A stretch of 63,780 nucleotides of DNA from Bacteroidales bacterium (GCA_045116675.1 JBGUMF010000004.1:1-63780); one strand, 5' to 3'. Positions 27,566 through 37,673 are shown, counted from the stretch's first letter. Notes: a model not told the origin generated them from the sequence alone. Translations and numbers: made by a program.

Positions 27566-28918
27566 TTACCCAATAATGCCGGAAATGATGATGATAATGA
27601 GGGCCAACGGGGCTAAATAGCGCAGCACAAAATAGTACAGCTCGAACGCCTTGGCCTTGATGGCACCACCGTTAGAGAGCTCGTCGCGCACTTCCGCCTT
27701 CGGGAAGAACCAGCCCAAGAAAATGGTCATCAGCAGGGCCCCAATGGGCATCAGGTAGGAAGCGGTGAGGAGGTCGAAGAGATCGAAGATAGTGCGGCTG
27801 AAGATGTGGAAATCTTTCAGGACGCCGAATGAAAGGGTGCAGAATACGCCGATGACGAAGACCAACAACGTGCTGACAAAGGAGGCTGTGCGCCGTTTCC
27901 AATGGAGCTCCTCCACGGCAAAGGCCACTAAGATTTCCAATAGGGAAATGGTGGAGGTGAGTGCGGCAATGCCCAGTAACACGAAGAAAATGACGGCGAA
28001 GATGGTGCCCGCTGGCATGCTGTTGAACACATTGGGCAGCACAATATACACGAGCTCCGGGCCGCTGGCCGGGTTCATCCCGAAGGCGAACACAGCGGGG
28101 AAGATGACGATGCCCGCTAAGATGGCCACCACAGAATCACAGCCGGCAATCCACAGGCTGGTGGGGAAGAGTTTGTCCTGCTTGCGGATGTAGGAGCCGT
28201 AGGTCACCATGGCGCCCATGCCGATGCTGAGAGAAAAGAACGACTGCCCCAGAGCGGAAAGTATGCAGGTGCCATTGAGTTTACTGAAATCGGGTTTGAA
28301 CAGAAAACGAAGGCCTTCCGCCGCTCCGTCGAGGGTGACCGAGCGCACGCACATGAGCAGAAGAAGCAGGAAGAGTATGGGCATCAGCACTTTGCTCACC
28401 TTTTCAATGCCTTTTTGAACTCCCATAGTGATGACGGTGGCGGTTAGCGTCAGGAATAACAGTTGATACAACAATGGCCAGAAAGAGCCTTGCGTGAAGT
28501 CGGAGAACAGGGACGTGATGGCTGCCGGGTCCTTGCCGGCAAGGCCGCCGCTACAGGAGAGTACGATGTAGTTGAGCGTCCAGCCGGCCACCACGCTGTA
28601 AAATGCGTAGATGAGGAAGGCGGCCACAATGCCGAACACGCCCAGCATCATCCAACCTTTGCTGCCGTTGCTCAACTTGCGGTAGGCACCCACCACATTG
28701 CTCTGCGAACGACGCCCGATGATGAACTCCGTCATCATCAGCGGGACACCTATCAGCATGACGAAAAACACGTACACTAACAGGAACGCGCCGCCGCCAT
28801 TTTGTCCCACCATGTAGGGGAAACGCCATATATTGCCCAAACCGACGGCACCGCCGGCCGCCGCCAAAATCGCACCAAGGTTGGAGGTGAAACCTCTCTG
28901 AGAGTTCGTTGTTGCCAT
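27566..28918 (-). CDS. sodium-dependent transporter (neurotransmitter:sodium symporter/SNF family)
   Basis: Family signature GLGNIWRFPYMVGQNGGGAFL and about 12 TMs. The ORF-track start at 28927 is a TTG, so I prefer the ATG at 28918 (MATTNSQ...). Confidence 0.9.
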   Translation of the reverse strand: MATTNSQRGFTSNLGAILAAAGGAVGLGNIWRFPYMVGQNGGGAFLLVYVFFVMLIGVPLMMTEFIIGRRSQSNVVGAYRKLSNGSKGWMMLGVFGIVAAFLIYAFYSVVAGWTLNYIVLSCSGGLAGKDPAAITSLFSDFTQGSFWPLLYQLLFLTLTATVITMGVQKGIEKVSKVLMPILFLLLLLMCVRSVTLDGAAEGLRFLFKPDFSKLNGTCILSALGQSFFSLSIGMGAMVTYGSYIRKQDKLFPTSLWIAGCDSVVAILAGIVIFPAVFAFGMNPASGPELVYIVLPNVFNSMPAGTIFAVIFFVLLGIAALTSTISLLEILVAFAVEELHWKRRTASFVSTLLVFVIGVFCTLSFGVLKDFHIFSRTIFDLFDLLTASYLMPIGALLMTIFLGWFFPKAEVRDELSNGGAIKAKAFELYYFVLRYLAPLALIIIIISGIIG

Positions 28919-28936
28919 AATTTTCAATTAAGGCGG

Positions 28937-28944
28937 CAAAGATA
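28937..28944 (-). promoter_or_regulatory. -7 promoter box (TATCTTTG) for the Na+ symporter gene
   Basis: Exact TAnnTTTG, 19 nt upstream of the ATG at 28918. Confidence 0.5.
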
Positions 28945-28986
28945 AACAAATCACACTTTGGATACTATACTTTTTTGTTTTTTTGC

Positions 28987-28994
28987 TATTTTTG
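28987..28994 (+). promoter_or_regulatory. -7 promoter box (TATTTTTG) for the lipoprotein-purN pair
   Basis: Exact TAnnTTTG, 35 nt upstream of the ATG at 29029. Confidence 0.45.
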
Positions 28995-29028
28995 CGCCTC
29001 TATTATTTTGAAATAAAACTCTTTAAAA

Positions 29029-29451
29029 ATGAAAAAGTTAATGATTCTGATGGCGACTTGTTGCCTGGTATTCGCATCTTGCAACAAGAAAGCGAAAGAG
29101 GAACCCCTCCAAACCCCAGAACAGCAAGAGATGTCTGAAAAACAGAAACAGCGCATGCAGGATCGCGAGGATTGGGTTAGTTGGGAGAATCTGACAGATG
29201 AACGCAAGGCCGAACTGCTGAACAAGAGCAAGGCAGCCTACGACAAGCAGAAAGCCGCCCAAGAGGAAAGAGAAGCCCGCAAAGCCAAATTCGAAGAGGC
29301 TATGGCGAATTGGGACAATCTCTCCTTGGATGAAAGAAGAGCCGCTTTCGAACTGATATATCCGTCTCGTCCCGAAAGCAAAGGTGAGTGCAAGGACGAG
29401 GATAAATGTTCCCAAGAGGGTGACAAGCCCTGTGACAAAGAAAAGAAATAA
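29029..29451 (+). CDS. Lys/Glu-rich lipoprotein, function unknown
   Basis: 140 aa. Lipobox is LVFAS|C. The sequence is highly charged and helical-looking. Its stop overlaps the purN ATG. Confidence 0.5.
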   Translation: MKKLMILMATCCLVFASCNKKAKEEPLQTPEQQEMSEKQKQRMQDREDWVSWENLTDERKAELLNKSKAAYDKQKAAQEEREARKAKFEEAMANWDNLSLDERRAAFELIYPSRPESKGECKDEDKCSQEGDKPCDKEKK

Positions 29452-30017
29452 TGCATACAATCGCAGTATTCGCATCGGGCTTCGGCTCCAACTTCCAAGC
29501 CCTGATTGAGGCGGTGCAACAGCATACGCTGGATGCCCGCATTGCCCTTCTGGTGACCGACAAACCGGGTTGCATGGCCGAGCAAAGGGCTGTTAACCAT
29601 GGTATTGACGTGTTTGCCTTCTCGGCAAAGGATTACGATGGAAAGGTCGCGTACGAGACGGCTATCCTGCAGGAGCTTCGCAAGCGGGATGTGGAGTACA
29701 TCGTCTTGGCTGGCTACATGCGTTATATTGGCAAGGTTCTGTTGGAGAACTTCCCCATGCGCATCATCAACCTCCATCCGGCACTACTACCCTCTTTCCC
29801 GGGAGCGCACGGCATTGCGGATGCCTATAACCATGGTGTGAAAGTGTTCGGCATCACCATCCATTTTGTGGACGAAGGCGTAGATACCGGCCGCATCATC
29901 GACCAGTTCGCCTTCCATGCCGAGGACCATGAAACGCTGGAAGAAATTGAAACGAAAATCCACCAGTTAGAACACCAATACTACCCGCTCACCGTCAATA
30001 AAGTGGTGAACGGGTAA
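29451..30017 (+). CDS. purN: phosphoribosylglycinamide formyltransferase
   Basis: 188 aa with IAVFASGFGSNFQALIEA and INLHPALLPSFPG. Confidence 0.9.
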   Translation: MHTIAVFASGFGSNFQALIEAVQQHTLDARIALLVTDKPGCMAEQRAVNHGIDVFAFSAKDYDGKVAYETAILQELRKRDVEYIVLAGYMRYIGKVLLENFPMRIINLHPALLPSFPGAHGIADAYNHGVKVFGITIHFVDEGVDTGRIIDQFAFHAEDHETLEEIETKIHQLEHQYYPLTVNKVVNG

Positions 30018-30029
30018 TTTTCCCCTTAT

Positions 30030-31484
30030 TTAGTCCGCCAAATCGCTGAAGAACTCGCTGAGGTCGTTGGCTACCTCGTACATGGGAGTGTATTCCATGG
30101 TGGGCGTGGCGGTAGTCTGCAGCGTGCTCACACGCTCCTGTGTCTGGCGCAGGATGGCGGGGGTCTCTATCTTGTATTGGAAATCCTCCTCGTCATGAAA
30201 TAAAGGATCAACGGATTCTTCAATGCGCTGGGGACCACTACCCGGAGTGAAGAAAGGTTGCGGCGCAGGTTGCATTTGCGGCTCCATGACAACAGCCGGC
30301 TCCTTGTAATCGAAAATGGAAACATTCGGAGTCTGCTGAGCATTGGCCTCCTCACGAGGCGTGGTCAGGGTATCATAATCATCCGCTTTGGGAGCAACAG
30401 ATTCGTTGCTGGCCTCCACTTTTGTGCCCATCTGGATGTCGGTCTTGAAGATATCACCCGTCTCCTTGCTGTCAGTGACGACCGTGGTGAGCTCCTTTTC
30501 CAGAATCTCGCGGGCCTGGGAGTTGAAATTGGTCACGATGACCGACAGCTTGAGGGCGTCGCCAAGACTCTCGTCCACGCCGCGGCCCCAGATAACCTCA
30601 GCTTCGGGACTCTTGACAGTTTCGAACTTCTCGGTAAGAGCTTCCAACTCGGAGACCTTAAGCTCGTTGTCGGGACCGTAGCTGATAAAGAAGAGGAAGT
30701 TCTGAGCGTCGGCGATGACGGGGTTGTCCAACAGCGGGCAGCGGAGGGCGTCGTCCACCACACGTTCCACGCGGTCGGCACCGCTGGCCACGGCCAGACC
30801 CAACATGGCCTTGCCGCTATCCTTCATGATGGTCTCAATATCGTGGAAGTCCACGTTCTGCTCGTAGTTGACGGTGATAAGCTCGGCGATGCACTTGACG
30901 GCGTTCTTCAGCACGTCATCGGCATAGCTGTAGGCTTTGCTCAAGGTGTCTTCCTGATAGAATTTGAGGATATTCTGGTTTTTGACCACAATCAGTGAGT
31001 CAACATATTTGTCTAATTCTGCGATTCCCTTTTCAGCTTGTTTGATGCGGGCGGATCCTTCGAACTTGAAGGGTTCGGTAACCACACCGATGGTGAGGAT
31101 GCCCATCTCATGGGCGATTTCAGCAATCACAGGGGAGGCTCCCGTGCCGGTACCCTTGCCCATGCCGGCAGTAATGAACAACATCTTGGTCTCACGACCG
31201 ATGAAGTCCATGATCTTCTCCTTGCTGTCCAGAGCATATTGGCGGGCGATTTCGGGTTTCGCGCCGGCACCAAGGCCGGTGCCCAACAAAAGCTTCTCGG
31301 GAACGGGGCTCTTGCTCAAATGCCCCTGGTCGGTGTTGCATACCAGAAAATCCACCCCCACGATGCCTTCGCTGTACATGTGCTTGACCGCATTGCTGCC
31401 GCCGCCGCCGACACCGATTACTTTGATGATGGAAGAGTTCTCTCTTGCGCCATAATCCGCTGTAATGTCAATTCTGTCTGTCAT
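30030..31484 (-). CDS. ftsZ: cell division protein FtsZ
   Basis: 484 aa. Tubulin signature is TAGMGKGTGTGASPVIA, with IKVIGVGGGGSNAV. Long disordered C-terminal linker. Confidence 0.95.
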   Translation of the reverse strand: MTDRIDITADYGARENSSIIKVIGVGGGGSNAVKHMYSEGIVGVDFLVCNTDQGHLSKSPVPEKLLLGTGLGAGAKPEIARQYALDSKEKIMDFIGRETKMLFITAGMGKGTGTGASPVIAEIAHEMGILTIGVVTEPFKFEGSARIKQAEKGIAELDKYVDSLIVVKNQNILKFYQEDTLSKAYSYADDVLKNAVKCIAELITVNYEQNVDFHDIETIMKDSGKAMLGLAVASGADRVERVVDDALRCPLLDNPVIADAQNFLFFISYGPDNELKVSELEALTEKFETVKSPEAEVIWGRGVDESLGDALKLSVIVTNFNSQAREILEKELTTVVTDSKETGDIFKTDIQMGTKVEASNESVAPKADDYDTLTTPREEANAQQTPNVSIFDYKEPAVVMEPQMQPAPQPFFTPGSGPQRIEESVDPLFHDEEDFQYKIETPAILRQTQERVSTLQTTATPTMEYTPMYEVANDLSEFFSDLAD

Positions 31485-31550
31485 ATCTGTTTTTGTTCTT
31501 AATTATCTTAAAAAAGGTTAATGATTCGGTTTGGTTTGGATGATATGGGA

Positions 31551-32870
31551 TTAGGAAACGTTTTCCAGCATTTCCTTAAGATAGTCATGGACTTTTTTGA
31601 AGATGCCCCACCGTGAGGGACTGTCGGCTTTCTGATCTGAACCCGAATCCGTGTTAATGATGGGGGTGGTTCCTCGTTCCGAAGTGGTCAGATGCAGGTT
31701 CTCCTCGGTCTCGATGCCGTATTTGAGCAGGCCGAGGGCCGTGGAGAAGGCCGGCTGTTTCAACTCCGTGGGGATGGAATGTGCAAACCCGTTGTCGGGG
31801 ATGCCGATGCGGGTAGGCATCTGGAGCATGTATTGGCACAGTTCCTTGATGTGGCGGAGATTGGAGCCGCCACCTGTCAGGACAAGGCCTGCGAAAAGAC
31901 GGTCCTTGTATCCTGAATTGTCAATCTCTTTCTGGATGGCACTGAGAATCTCACCCTGCACACGGCTGTTGATGATCTGCGCCAGATAGTTCTCGTTGAT
32001 CTGGATAGGCTCCTGTCCGTGCGGCTTGGGGATGGTGATGAGGTTGTTGGAATGGCTCTTCTCCACAATGCAGGTGCCGTAGGAGATTTTCAGCTTCTCG
32101 GCCACATCCTCGGAAATCTTGCACACCTGCGCGATGTCACGGGTAATGACGTTGCCGCCCATGGCGATGACCTTGGTGTACACCGGGTTGCCGTCCACGA
32201 AAATGATGAGGTCAGAAGTGCCGCCGCCAATATCGACCAGTGCCACACCATGGCGTTTCTCCTCCTCGGTAAGGCAGGCCATGCCGGAGGCGATGGGCTC
32301 CAAGATGATGTCATTCAAGTGAATTCCCGACTCAGTGCCGCACATCTTGATGCGGTCGATTTCGGAAATCTTGCCCGTAATGAGCTGGTAAGTGCCGATG
32401 ACCTCGTTGCCGAGCTCGCCTACGGGCTCGAAGGTGACACGTTCCTTGTCAATGAGATATTTTTGCGGGATAACGTCGATAATCTCCTCGCCGGGAGGCA
32501 CCGTGGCACGGAAGACCTCGTTCTTCAGGTTCTCAATCTCCTCGCTGGTGATGGGGGTCTTCTTTCCCTGACGGAAGAGGTGGTGGTTGTACCGGCTGGT
32601 CTTGATATGATGGCCGGCAATGCCCACATACACGCTTTTGATCTCCTGGTTGGAACGCTGACTGGCCATGCTGGTGGAGAGCGTTATGCCAGTGACAGTC
32701 TTGTTGATGTTGCGGATTTCGCCGAACTCCACACCGGTGGACTCGCTTTTCCCGTAGCCGATAATGTCTATCTGCCCATTCTCGTTCCGATAGCCGATAA
32801 CGGTGGCGATCTTGGTGGTGCCGATGTCCAGTCCGACGATCATGTTGTCATTGTTGTAAACGTTCTCCAT
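31551..32870 (-). CDS. ftsA: cell division protein FtsA
   Basis: 439 aa. Actin-fold phosphate motifs VGLDIGTTKIATVIG and DIGGGTSDLIIF. Confidence 0.9.
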   Translation of the reverse strand: MENVYNNDNMIVGLDIGTTKIATVIGYRNENGQIDIIGYGKSESTGVEFGEIRNINKTVTGITLSTSMASQRSNQEIKSVYVGIAGHHIKTSRYNHHLFRQGKKTPITSEEIENLKNEVFRATVPPGEEIIDVIPQKYLIDKERVTFEPVGELGNEVIGTYQLITGKISEIDRIKMCGTESGIHLNDIILEPIASGMACLTEEEKRHGVALVDIGGGTSDLIIFVDGNPVYTKVIAMGGNVITRDIAQVCKISEDVAEKLKISYGTCIVEKSHSNNLITIPKPHGQEPIQINENYLAQIINSRVQGEILSAIQKEIDNSGYKDRLFAGLVLTGGGSNLRHIKELCQYMLQMPTRIGIPDNGFAHSIPTELKQPAFSTALGLLKYGIETEENLHLTTSERGTTPIINTDSGSDQKADSPSRWGIFKKVHDYLKEMLENVS

Positions 32871-32882
32871 AAACAGTTGAAT

Positions 32883-33635
32883 TTATTTTCGTTTTGCTAT
32901 TATCCGGTTCTTAAAACGCACATCCAGCTGCGCATACGTGTCAAATCCCTTCCGCGTCAGCCCCTCCTGATAGAGAAGCTTGAGGTTTTCCAGCTTCTCC
33001 TCTATGTTCTGGTCATTCCCGAAAAGCACCACATGGCTTCCAACGGCCGGCACCAGCTCTATCTGGTTTTGTTCGTTGAGGTAGAGCTGCCGGAATTGCG
33101 CCTGGCAGAACTCATCCTTTTGGATGGCATTGACGATGTTGACCATCTCGGCGAGCCGGCCGCGGGCAGTGTCCCCCTGTTTGTAATGCTGGGGGATATG
33201 ACCGTTGGCGACGGGCAGATCGTCCTGCATCTTGGCGGTGTAGGGCAGCAGACAGCCGCTGTCGTCCACGAAGTACTGGTCGCCATCCTGGCTGAAGGCA
33301 TGCAGGATGATGTGCTTCAGCGTGTAGTCAACTACCAGACGGCTACCCGAGAAGTGGATGAAGTTCACTTTCTCCACATACGGATTCGCCGACAACAGGC
33401 GGGTGATGGCCGCCACGTCGATGTCCTTCATGGGCATCCCGAGGATGGCTATGCTGTCCGCCGACAACATCCGCTCCACCTCCGCCTGACCGAGCACCAG
33501 GCTCTCATTCTGTGTGTGAGGGGCCACGGTTATGCTCTCACATTGGTGTTTCGGTACAGATACAATAGCCCAAATGATAATTATCAAGACACTGATAATC
33601 AATATAATACGGGTAATCGCTTTTACGTATCTCAT
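32883..33635 (-). CDS. ftsQ: cell division protein FtsQ-like (TM + POTRA)
   Basis: Sits immediately upstream of ftsA. It has a single N-terminal TM (ITRIILIISVLIIIIWAIV), and its size and pattern fit Bacteroidota FtsQ. The ORF is open to 33707, but the ATG at 33635 is preferred. Confidence 0.6.
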   Translation of the reverse strand: MRYVKAITRIILIISVLIIIIWAIVSVPKHQCESITVAPHTQNESLVLGQAEVERMLSADSIAILGMPMKDIDVAAITRLLSANPYVEKVNFIHFSGSRLVVDYTLKHIILHAFSQDGDQYFVDDSGCLLPYTAKMQDDLPVANGHIPQHYKQGDTARGRLAEMVNIVNAIQKDEFCQAQFRQLYLNEQNQIELVPAVGSHVVLFGNDQNIEEKLENLKLLYQEGLTRKGFDTYAQLDVRFKNRIIAKRK

Positions 33636-33746
33636 TTGGCTGCTATAATACTGTAGAATAGCTACAAAAATAGCATTTAGCGGCGAGACTGAAAAGGCCG
33701 TCCGCATAAAAAATAAACAAAAAAGTGTTGATAATGTGAAAAAATG

Positions 33747-34613
33747 TTATGCGTTGCGTTTGTCCAATCCCCACAACAATTTTTCCCGTATGATGTTGTA
33801 AAAGTTATTGTTATGGAAAAGTACCGTTTGGATCTGGAAATCCTCCTGCCGGATGCTCAGGCGAGTCCGGTTATCAACAATAACCTTTCGGGTGTCGGTG
33901 CAGAGGGTGAAACGCCCGTTGCGGCTTTCCACCTCGATGGTGAGCGTCGTGTTGGAGGGTATGACCAGCGGACGCACACTCAACGAGTGCGGAGCGATGG
34001 GAGTCAGCACGTTGACCTGCGACTGCGGGTGCAGGATGGGGCCGCCACAGCTCATTGAATAGGCGGTGGAGCCGGTGGGTGTGGAAATAATCAGCCCGTC
34101 GGCCCAGTAGGTATTGACTTTCTGGCCGTCGGCCCATACGGTGATGGCACTGATGGAGTCCGTGTCAGTAGCCCTGATGGTGATGTCGTTCACGGCAAAC
34201 GTACCCGACAAGGCCATCGGCTCACTGCTGTCCACATGTAGCAACGACCTCTGTTCGAGCGAGTAACGGGACTCTTTCAACATCTGGAAACACTCCTTGA
34301 AATTGTCTTTCTTAATGCCCGAGAGAAAACCGATACGCCCGGTGTTGATACCTACCAACGGGATGTTCAGATTTCCCACCAGATTGGCCGCATCAATGAA
34401 GGAGCCGTCGCCCCCGATGGAGACCATAAAGTCGATGGGCAAATGGCGGGAAAGCTCTTCATGGTTGTGGAAAAAAGCATGGCAACCGCCCACTTCCGGG
34501 CAGTTGCCATGAATGATTAAGTCGAATTGTTGCGATTGCAAGTGTTCGATGACCGTGCGGATGAAGGCCTGCTCCCCCGCACCATTCTGGCGGCTGTAAA
34601 GCGCGATTCTCAT
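33747..34613 (-). CDS. nadK: NAD+ kinase
   Basis: 288 aa with the GGDGS motif (MVSIGGDGSFI). Its ATG overlaps the buk stop (TAATG). Confidence 0.9.
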   Translation of the reverse strand: MRIALYSRQNGAGEQAFIRTVIEHLQSQQFDLIIHGNCPEVGGCHAFFHNHEELSRHLPIDFMVSIGGDGSFIDAANLVGNLNIPLVGINTGRIGFLSGIKKDNFKECFQMLKESRYSLEQRSLLHVDSSEPMALSGTFAVNDITIRATDTDSISAITVWADGQKVNTYWADGLIISTPTGSTAYSMSCGGPILHPQSQVNVLTPIAPHSLSVRPLVIPSNTTLTIEVESRNGRFTLCTDTRKVIVDNRTRLSIRQEDFQIQTVLFHNNNFYNIIREKLLWGLDKRNA

Positions 34614-35683
34614 TAGACGTAGTCTTGCACTTCCACTTCGCCGTTCAGGATCATGTTGGCGTTGAGGGCCATAGCAGCCATCTCATCCTCGCCAGGATAT
34701 ACAGCCACAGGGGCGATCCAGTCAATATAGCGCTTGATGCGGGCAATGACAGGCTTTCCGTAGGCGATGCCGCCCGTCAGAATGATGGCGTCAATCTTGC
34801 CCTTAAGCACCACGGCGTTCTCGCCGATCTGCTTGGCCACCTGATAGGCGAAAGCCTCTTCCAACAACTCGGCTTTCGGGTCGCCGGCAATGGCCGCTTT
34901 TTCAACAGCCAAGGCGTCGTTGCTGCCGAAATATCCCACATAACCACCTTTGCCCACCAGAATCTTCTGCATGTCTTCTTGAGTGTATTTACCACTGAAA
35001 CAAGCTTTTAAGAACTGATTCATCGGCAGGCTTCCAGAACGCTCCGGAGAGAACGGACCTTCGCCGTCCAGTGCCTGGTTCACGTCAATGACGCGCCCCT
35101 GACGATGGGCACCCACGCTCACACCGCCGCCCATATGGCAGACGATGAGGTTCAGATCCTCGTATTTCTTCCCGCTGTCTTTGGCGTACATGCGGGCGAT
35201 AGCCTTCTGGTTCAAGGCATGGAAAATGGACTTGCGTTCGAAATCGGGATGGCCGGTGATACGGGCCACTTCCTCCATCTCATCCACAATCACGGGGTCA
35301 GCGATGTAAGCCTCCTTCAGACCGATGAATTTCGCGATGCTGTCGGCAATCAAACCGCCCAAGTTGCAGGCGTGCTGTCCGTTATAACCCATCCTCAAAT
35401 GCTCTTTCATAAGCTCGTTGATGCGGTAAACGCCGGATTTCAGGGGTTTGATCAAACCGCCACGACCCATGACCAGGTCAATGGAGTGCAGGTCGATGTT
35501 TTCGGCTTCCAGCACCGAGATGATGACATCCCTGCGGAACTCGTATTGGTCGGCAATCGTGGCATAGCCGGAAAGCTCTTCCGTGGAATGTTTGATGTTC
35601 TTGACGAATTTCTGTTCGTTACCCTCGAAAATGGCTATCTTCGTGGATGTTGAACCGGGATTGATGGCAAGTATTTTTTTCAT
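34613..35683 (-). CDS. buk: butyrate kinase
   Basis: 356 aa. ASKHA fold start is ILAINPGSTSTKIAIF, with HMGGGVSVGAH. Confidence 0.9.
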   Translation of the reverse strand: MKKILAINPGSTSTKIAIFEGNEQKFVKNIKHSTEELSGYATIADQYEFRRDVIISVLEAENIDLHSIDLVMGRGGLIKPLKSGVYRINELMKEHLRMGYNGQHACNLGGLIADSIAKFIGLKEAYIADPVIVDEMEEVARITGHPDFERKSIFHALNQKAIARMYAKDSGKKYEDLNLIVCHMGGGVSVGAHRQGRVIDVNQALDGEGPFSPERSGSLPMNQFLKACFSGKYTQEDMQKILVGKGGYVGYFGSNDALAVEKAAIAGDPKAELLEEAFAYQVAKQIGENAVVLKGKIDAIILTGGIAYGKPVIARIKRYIDWIAPVAVYPGEDEMAAMALNANMILNGEVEVQDYV

Positions 35684-35706
35684 AATATAAGTATTGTTGA
35701 TAGACT

Positions 35707-35728
35707 AAAAAAACCGTGTCAAACACGG
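35707..35728 (-). terminator. rho-independent terminator after rpsP-rimM
   Basis: Stem ccgtgt/acacgg with a 3-nt loop, followed on the minus strand by T7. Confidence 0.6.
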
Positions 35729-35805
35729 CTGCAAATATAGGGAAAAAAGTTCAATAATCAAAGGGTAAATCGAGTTGTTTTATGAAGAAAATGTCAATCC
35801 GCAAC

Positions 35806-36327
35806 TTACGACAGATATACGTCGATGAGGCCTTCCGGGGCGCTGATGTGCAGAACCCTGTTGTCACGGTCCACGCGTGTGACGAACTGATGGCTGGCAG
35901 GAATGAGGATTTCAGTGCCGTCGTGGTCCACCACCATGATGGGGTTGTTGCTGACTTCCAGAAACTCGCGGCACTTGCCGATGTCACCTTTTGCGGCATC
36001 CGTGACGGTGAAGCCGATGACTTCGTGGAAATAGAATCGGTTGTCGGGCAGCTTGGGGAGGTCGCTGAGGGGCAGGAAGAGCTCCACACCGACCAGATCG
36101 CGGGCCTCGTTGACGTCCACCCCCTCGAACTGGAGGATGAACTGGTTATTGCCGCGGCAAGTGATACTTTCGATGGAGAAGGGGATTTTCTCGCCGTCCA
36201 AGTCAAGGAAAACGGCGGCGAGGTTGTGGTAGTTTTCGGGATGGTCGGTATCAAAAAAGGCACACAGACCACCCTTCAGTCCGAAAGGTTTGGTCAGTGT
36301 GCCTAAATAGAAGAATTCGCTTTCCAT
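35806..36327 (-). CDS. rimM: 16S rRNA processing protein RimM
   Basis: 173 aa. FYLGTLTKPFGLKGGL and a PRC-barrel C-terminus. Its start overlaps the rpsP stop. Confidence 0.85.
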   Translation of the reverse strand: MESEFFYLGTLTKPFGLKGGLCAFFDTDHPENYHNLAAVFLDLDGEKIPFSIESITCRGNNQFILQFEGVDVNEARDLVGVELFLPLSDLPKLPDNRFYFHEVIGFTVTDAAKGDIGKCREFLEVSNNPIMVVDHDGTEILIPASHQFVTRVDRDNRVLHISAPEGLIDVYLS

Positions 36328-36920
36328 TATGCTTCAGCGGGAGCGGCTTCTTCGGTAGCGGGGGCTTCCTCGGCCGGAGCCGTTTCCTCAGCATTAGCGG
36401 CAGCCTCTGCGGCGGCAGCTTCGGCAGCTTCCTGAGCAGCCTTGGCAGCAGCAGCGGCCAGTTCGGCGTTGTGGGCGGCTATCTTGGCAGCCATGGCTTC
36501 CTTGACCTTGGTCTCGGCGGCCAGACGCTCCTTGACGATGGCGCGTTTCTTGTCGCGCTCTTCAATAGCCACATTGTTAAGCTTGCTGTCCTTCTCCTTC
36601 TTCCAAGCCTCGAACTTCTGCTGGGCCTGAGCCTCGGAGAGGGCACCCTTGGCGATACCGCCTCTGAGATGCTTCATCAAATAAACGCCTTCACGTTTGA
36701 GAATCGCACGGGCCGTATCCGTAGGCGTGGCACCGGTCTCTAACCAATAGAGGGCGCGGTCAAAGTTGATGTTGAGCGTTGCCGGATTGGTCAGAGGATT
36801 GTAAGTACCAAGATCTTCGATAAAACGTCCGTCTCGTGGTGCACGACCATCCGCAATTACAAGGTGGTAGAAAGGTTGGTTCTTTTTACCTCTTCTCTGT
36901 AATCTGATTCTTGTTGCCAT
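36327..36920 (-). CDS. rpsP: 30S ribosomal protein S16 with long Ala/Glu/Lys-rich C-terminal extension
   Basis: MATRIRLQRRGKKNQPFYHLVIADGRAPRDGRFIEDLGTYNP..., followed by a low-complexity tail of about 100 aa. Confidence 0.9.
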   Translation of the reverse strand: MATRIRLQRRGKKNQPFYHLVIADGRAPRDGRFIEDLGTYNPLTNPATLNINFDRALYWLETGATPTDTARAILKREGVYLMKHLRGGIAKGALSEAQAQQKFEAWKKEKDSKLNNVAIEERDKKRAIVKERLAAETKVKEAMAAKIAAHNAELAAAAAKAAQEAAEAAAAEAAANAEETAPAEEAPATEEAAPAEA

Positions 36921-36988
36921 AAAATTTTAATTTTTAGATAATTATGTTAATAATAATCCCTGTAAAGAACTCGTCTTTTTTGGGGCGG

Positions 36989-36996
36989 CAAAAGTA
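36989..36996 (-). promoter_or_regulatory. -7 promoter box (TACTTTTG) for rpsP-rimM
   Basis: Exact TAnnTTTG, 69 nt upstream of the ATG at 36920. Confidence 0.45.
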
Positions 36997-37088
36997 CAAA
37001 ATTTTTGTTATCAAACCGTTGGGGGTGTTGATAAATTTTTCTGATTGGAATGATGGGAGAAAAAAGTGCAGTTCCTTCGTTCGCCGGA

Positions 37089-37667
37089 TCAAAAGTCAAA
37101 ACCGTTGATTTCACCGCGCGGATGGATAATCGTGTATTTGGTGAAATGCTCGTCGGCAGTGAACCCGTCGCCGTAATTGACCGAACCGTCAGCCTTTTTC
37201 TGCTTTACCAGTACATTGGAATAAATGGTTTTATTGCGCTGGTCCCAGTTGATTTCCTCCGTTTCCAATGTGTCGCCCTGGACAACATCAAAGATAACAA
37301 CATTTTTGGAGGCCTTGTAAATGGCGTTGTTGATAGCGCAGGCATATCCGGCAGTAAGGATAGCCTGCCGCCGCCCCATTTCATTGAACGAGATGATGGT
37401 AACGCCTTTCGGACAATCCATATAGGAGGAATCCCCGGAATAGCTGTTCATCAGCGGGGCTTTGACGATGAAGCTGGTCCTTCCCGAATCGCTGGTGGTA
37501 ATCACCATGTTCTCCGCCGACTCGTCAGGGTAACGGCCGTTGTATTCCAACAGCTGTTTCTCCTTGGACGAAGAATTACAACCAACAAAAAACATCATAA
37601 GGCACAAGGCCGTTATGATGTTTTTTGCGATTGGACTTGTTTTTCGGGAAAGAAACCAAGTCGTCAT
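37089..37667 (-). CDS. lptC: LptC-like LPS export periplasmic lipoprotein
   Basis: 192 aa. Lipobox is FFVG|C. The pattern and the position after coaX-OMP-TPR fit Bacteroidota LptC (recalled family pattern, not searched). Confidence 0.6.
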   Translation of the reverse strand: MTTWFLSRKTSPIAKNIITALCLMMFFVGCNSSSKEKQLLEYNGRYPDESAENMVITTSDSGRTSFIVKAPLMNSYSGDSSYMDCPKGVTIISFNEMGRRQAILTAGYACAINNAIYKASKNVVIFDVVQGDTLETEEINWDQRNKTIYSNVLVKQKKADGSVNYGDGFTADEHFTKYTIIHPRGEINGFDF

Positions 37668-37673
37668 ATCTTA

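Noticed and set aside
32019-33656. 545-aa plus-strand ORF. Similar long ORFs occur at 6013-7173, 37050-38744, 41961-43457, 45752-47194, 47243-48571, 55466-57103 and 59075-60169.
   Set aside because: All lie antisense to, or out of frame within, strongly supported genes (ftsA/ftsQ, mutB, the TPR gene, the PepSY-like gene, the 1496-aa gene, the giant gene). Their translations are low-complexity and rich in G/V/H/D/R, as expected of shadow ORFs in GC3-rich genes.
35732-35739. Exact TAnnTTTG box (TATATTTG, minus strand) upstream of buk.
   Set aside because: The box sits immediately upstream of the rimM terminator hairpin and T-tract. A transcript starting here would begin with a terminator. It may be a coincidental match, so it is not listed as a promoter.
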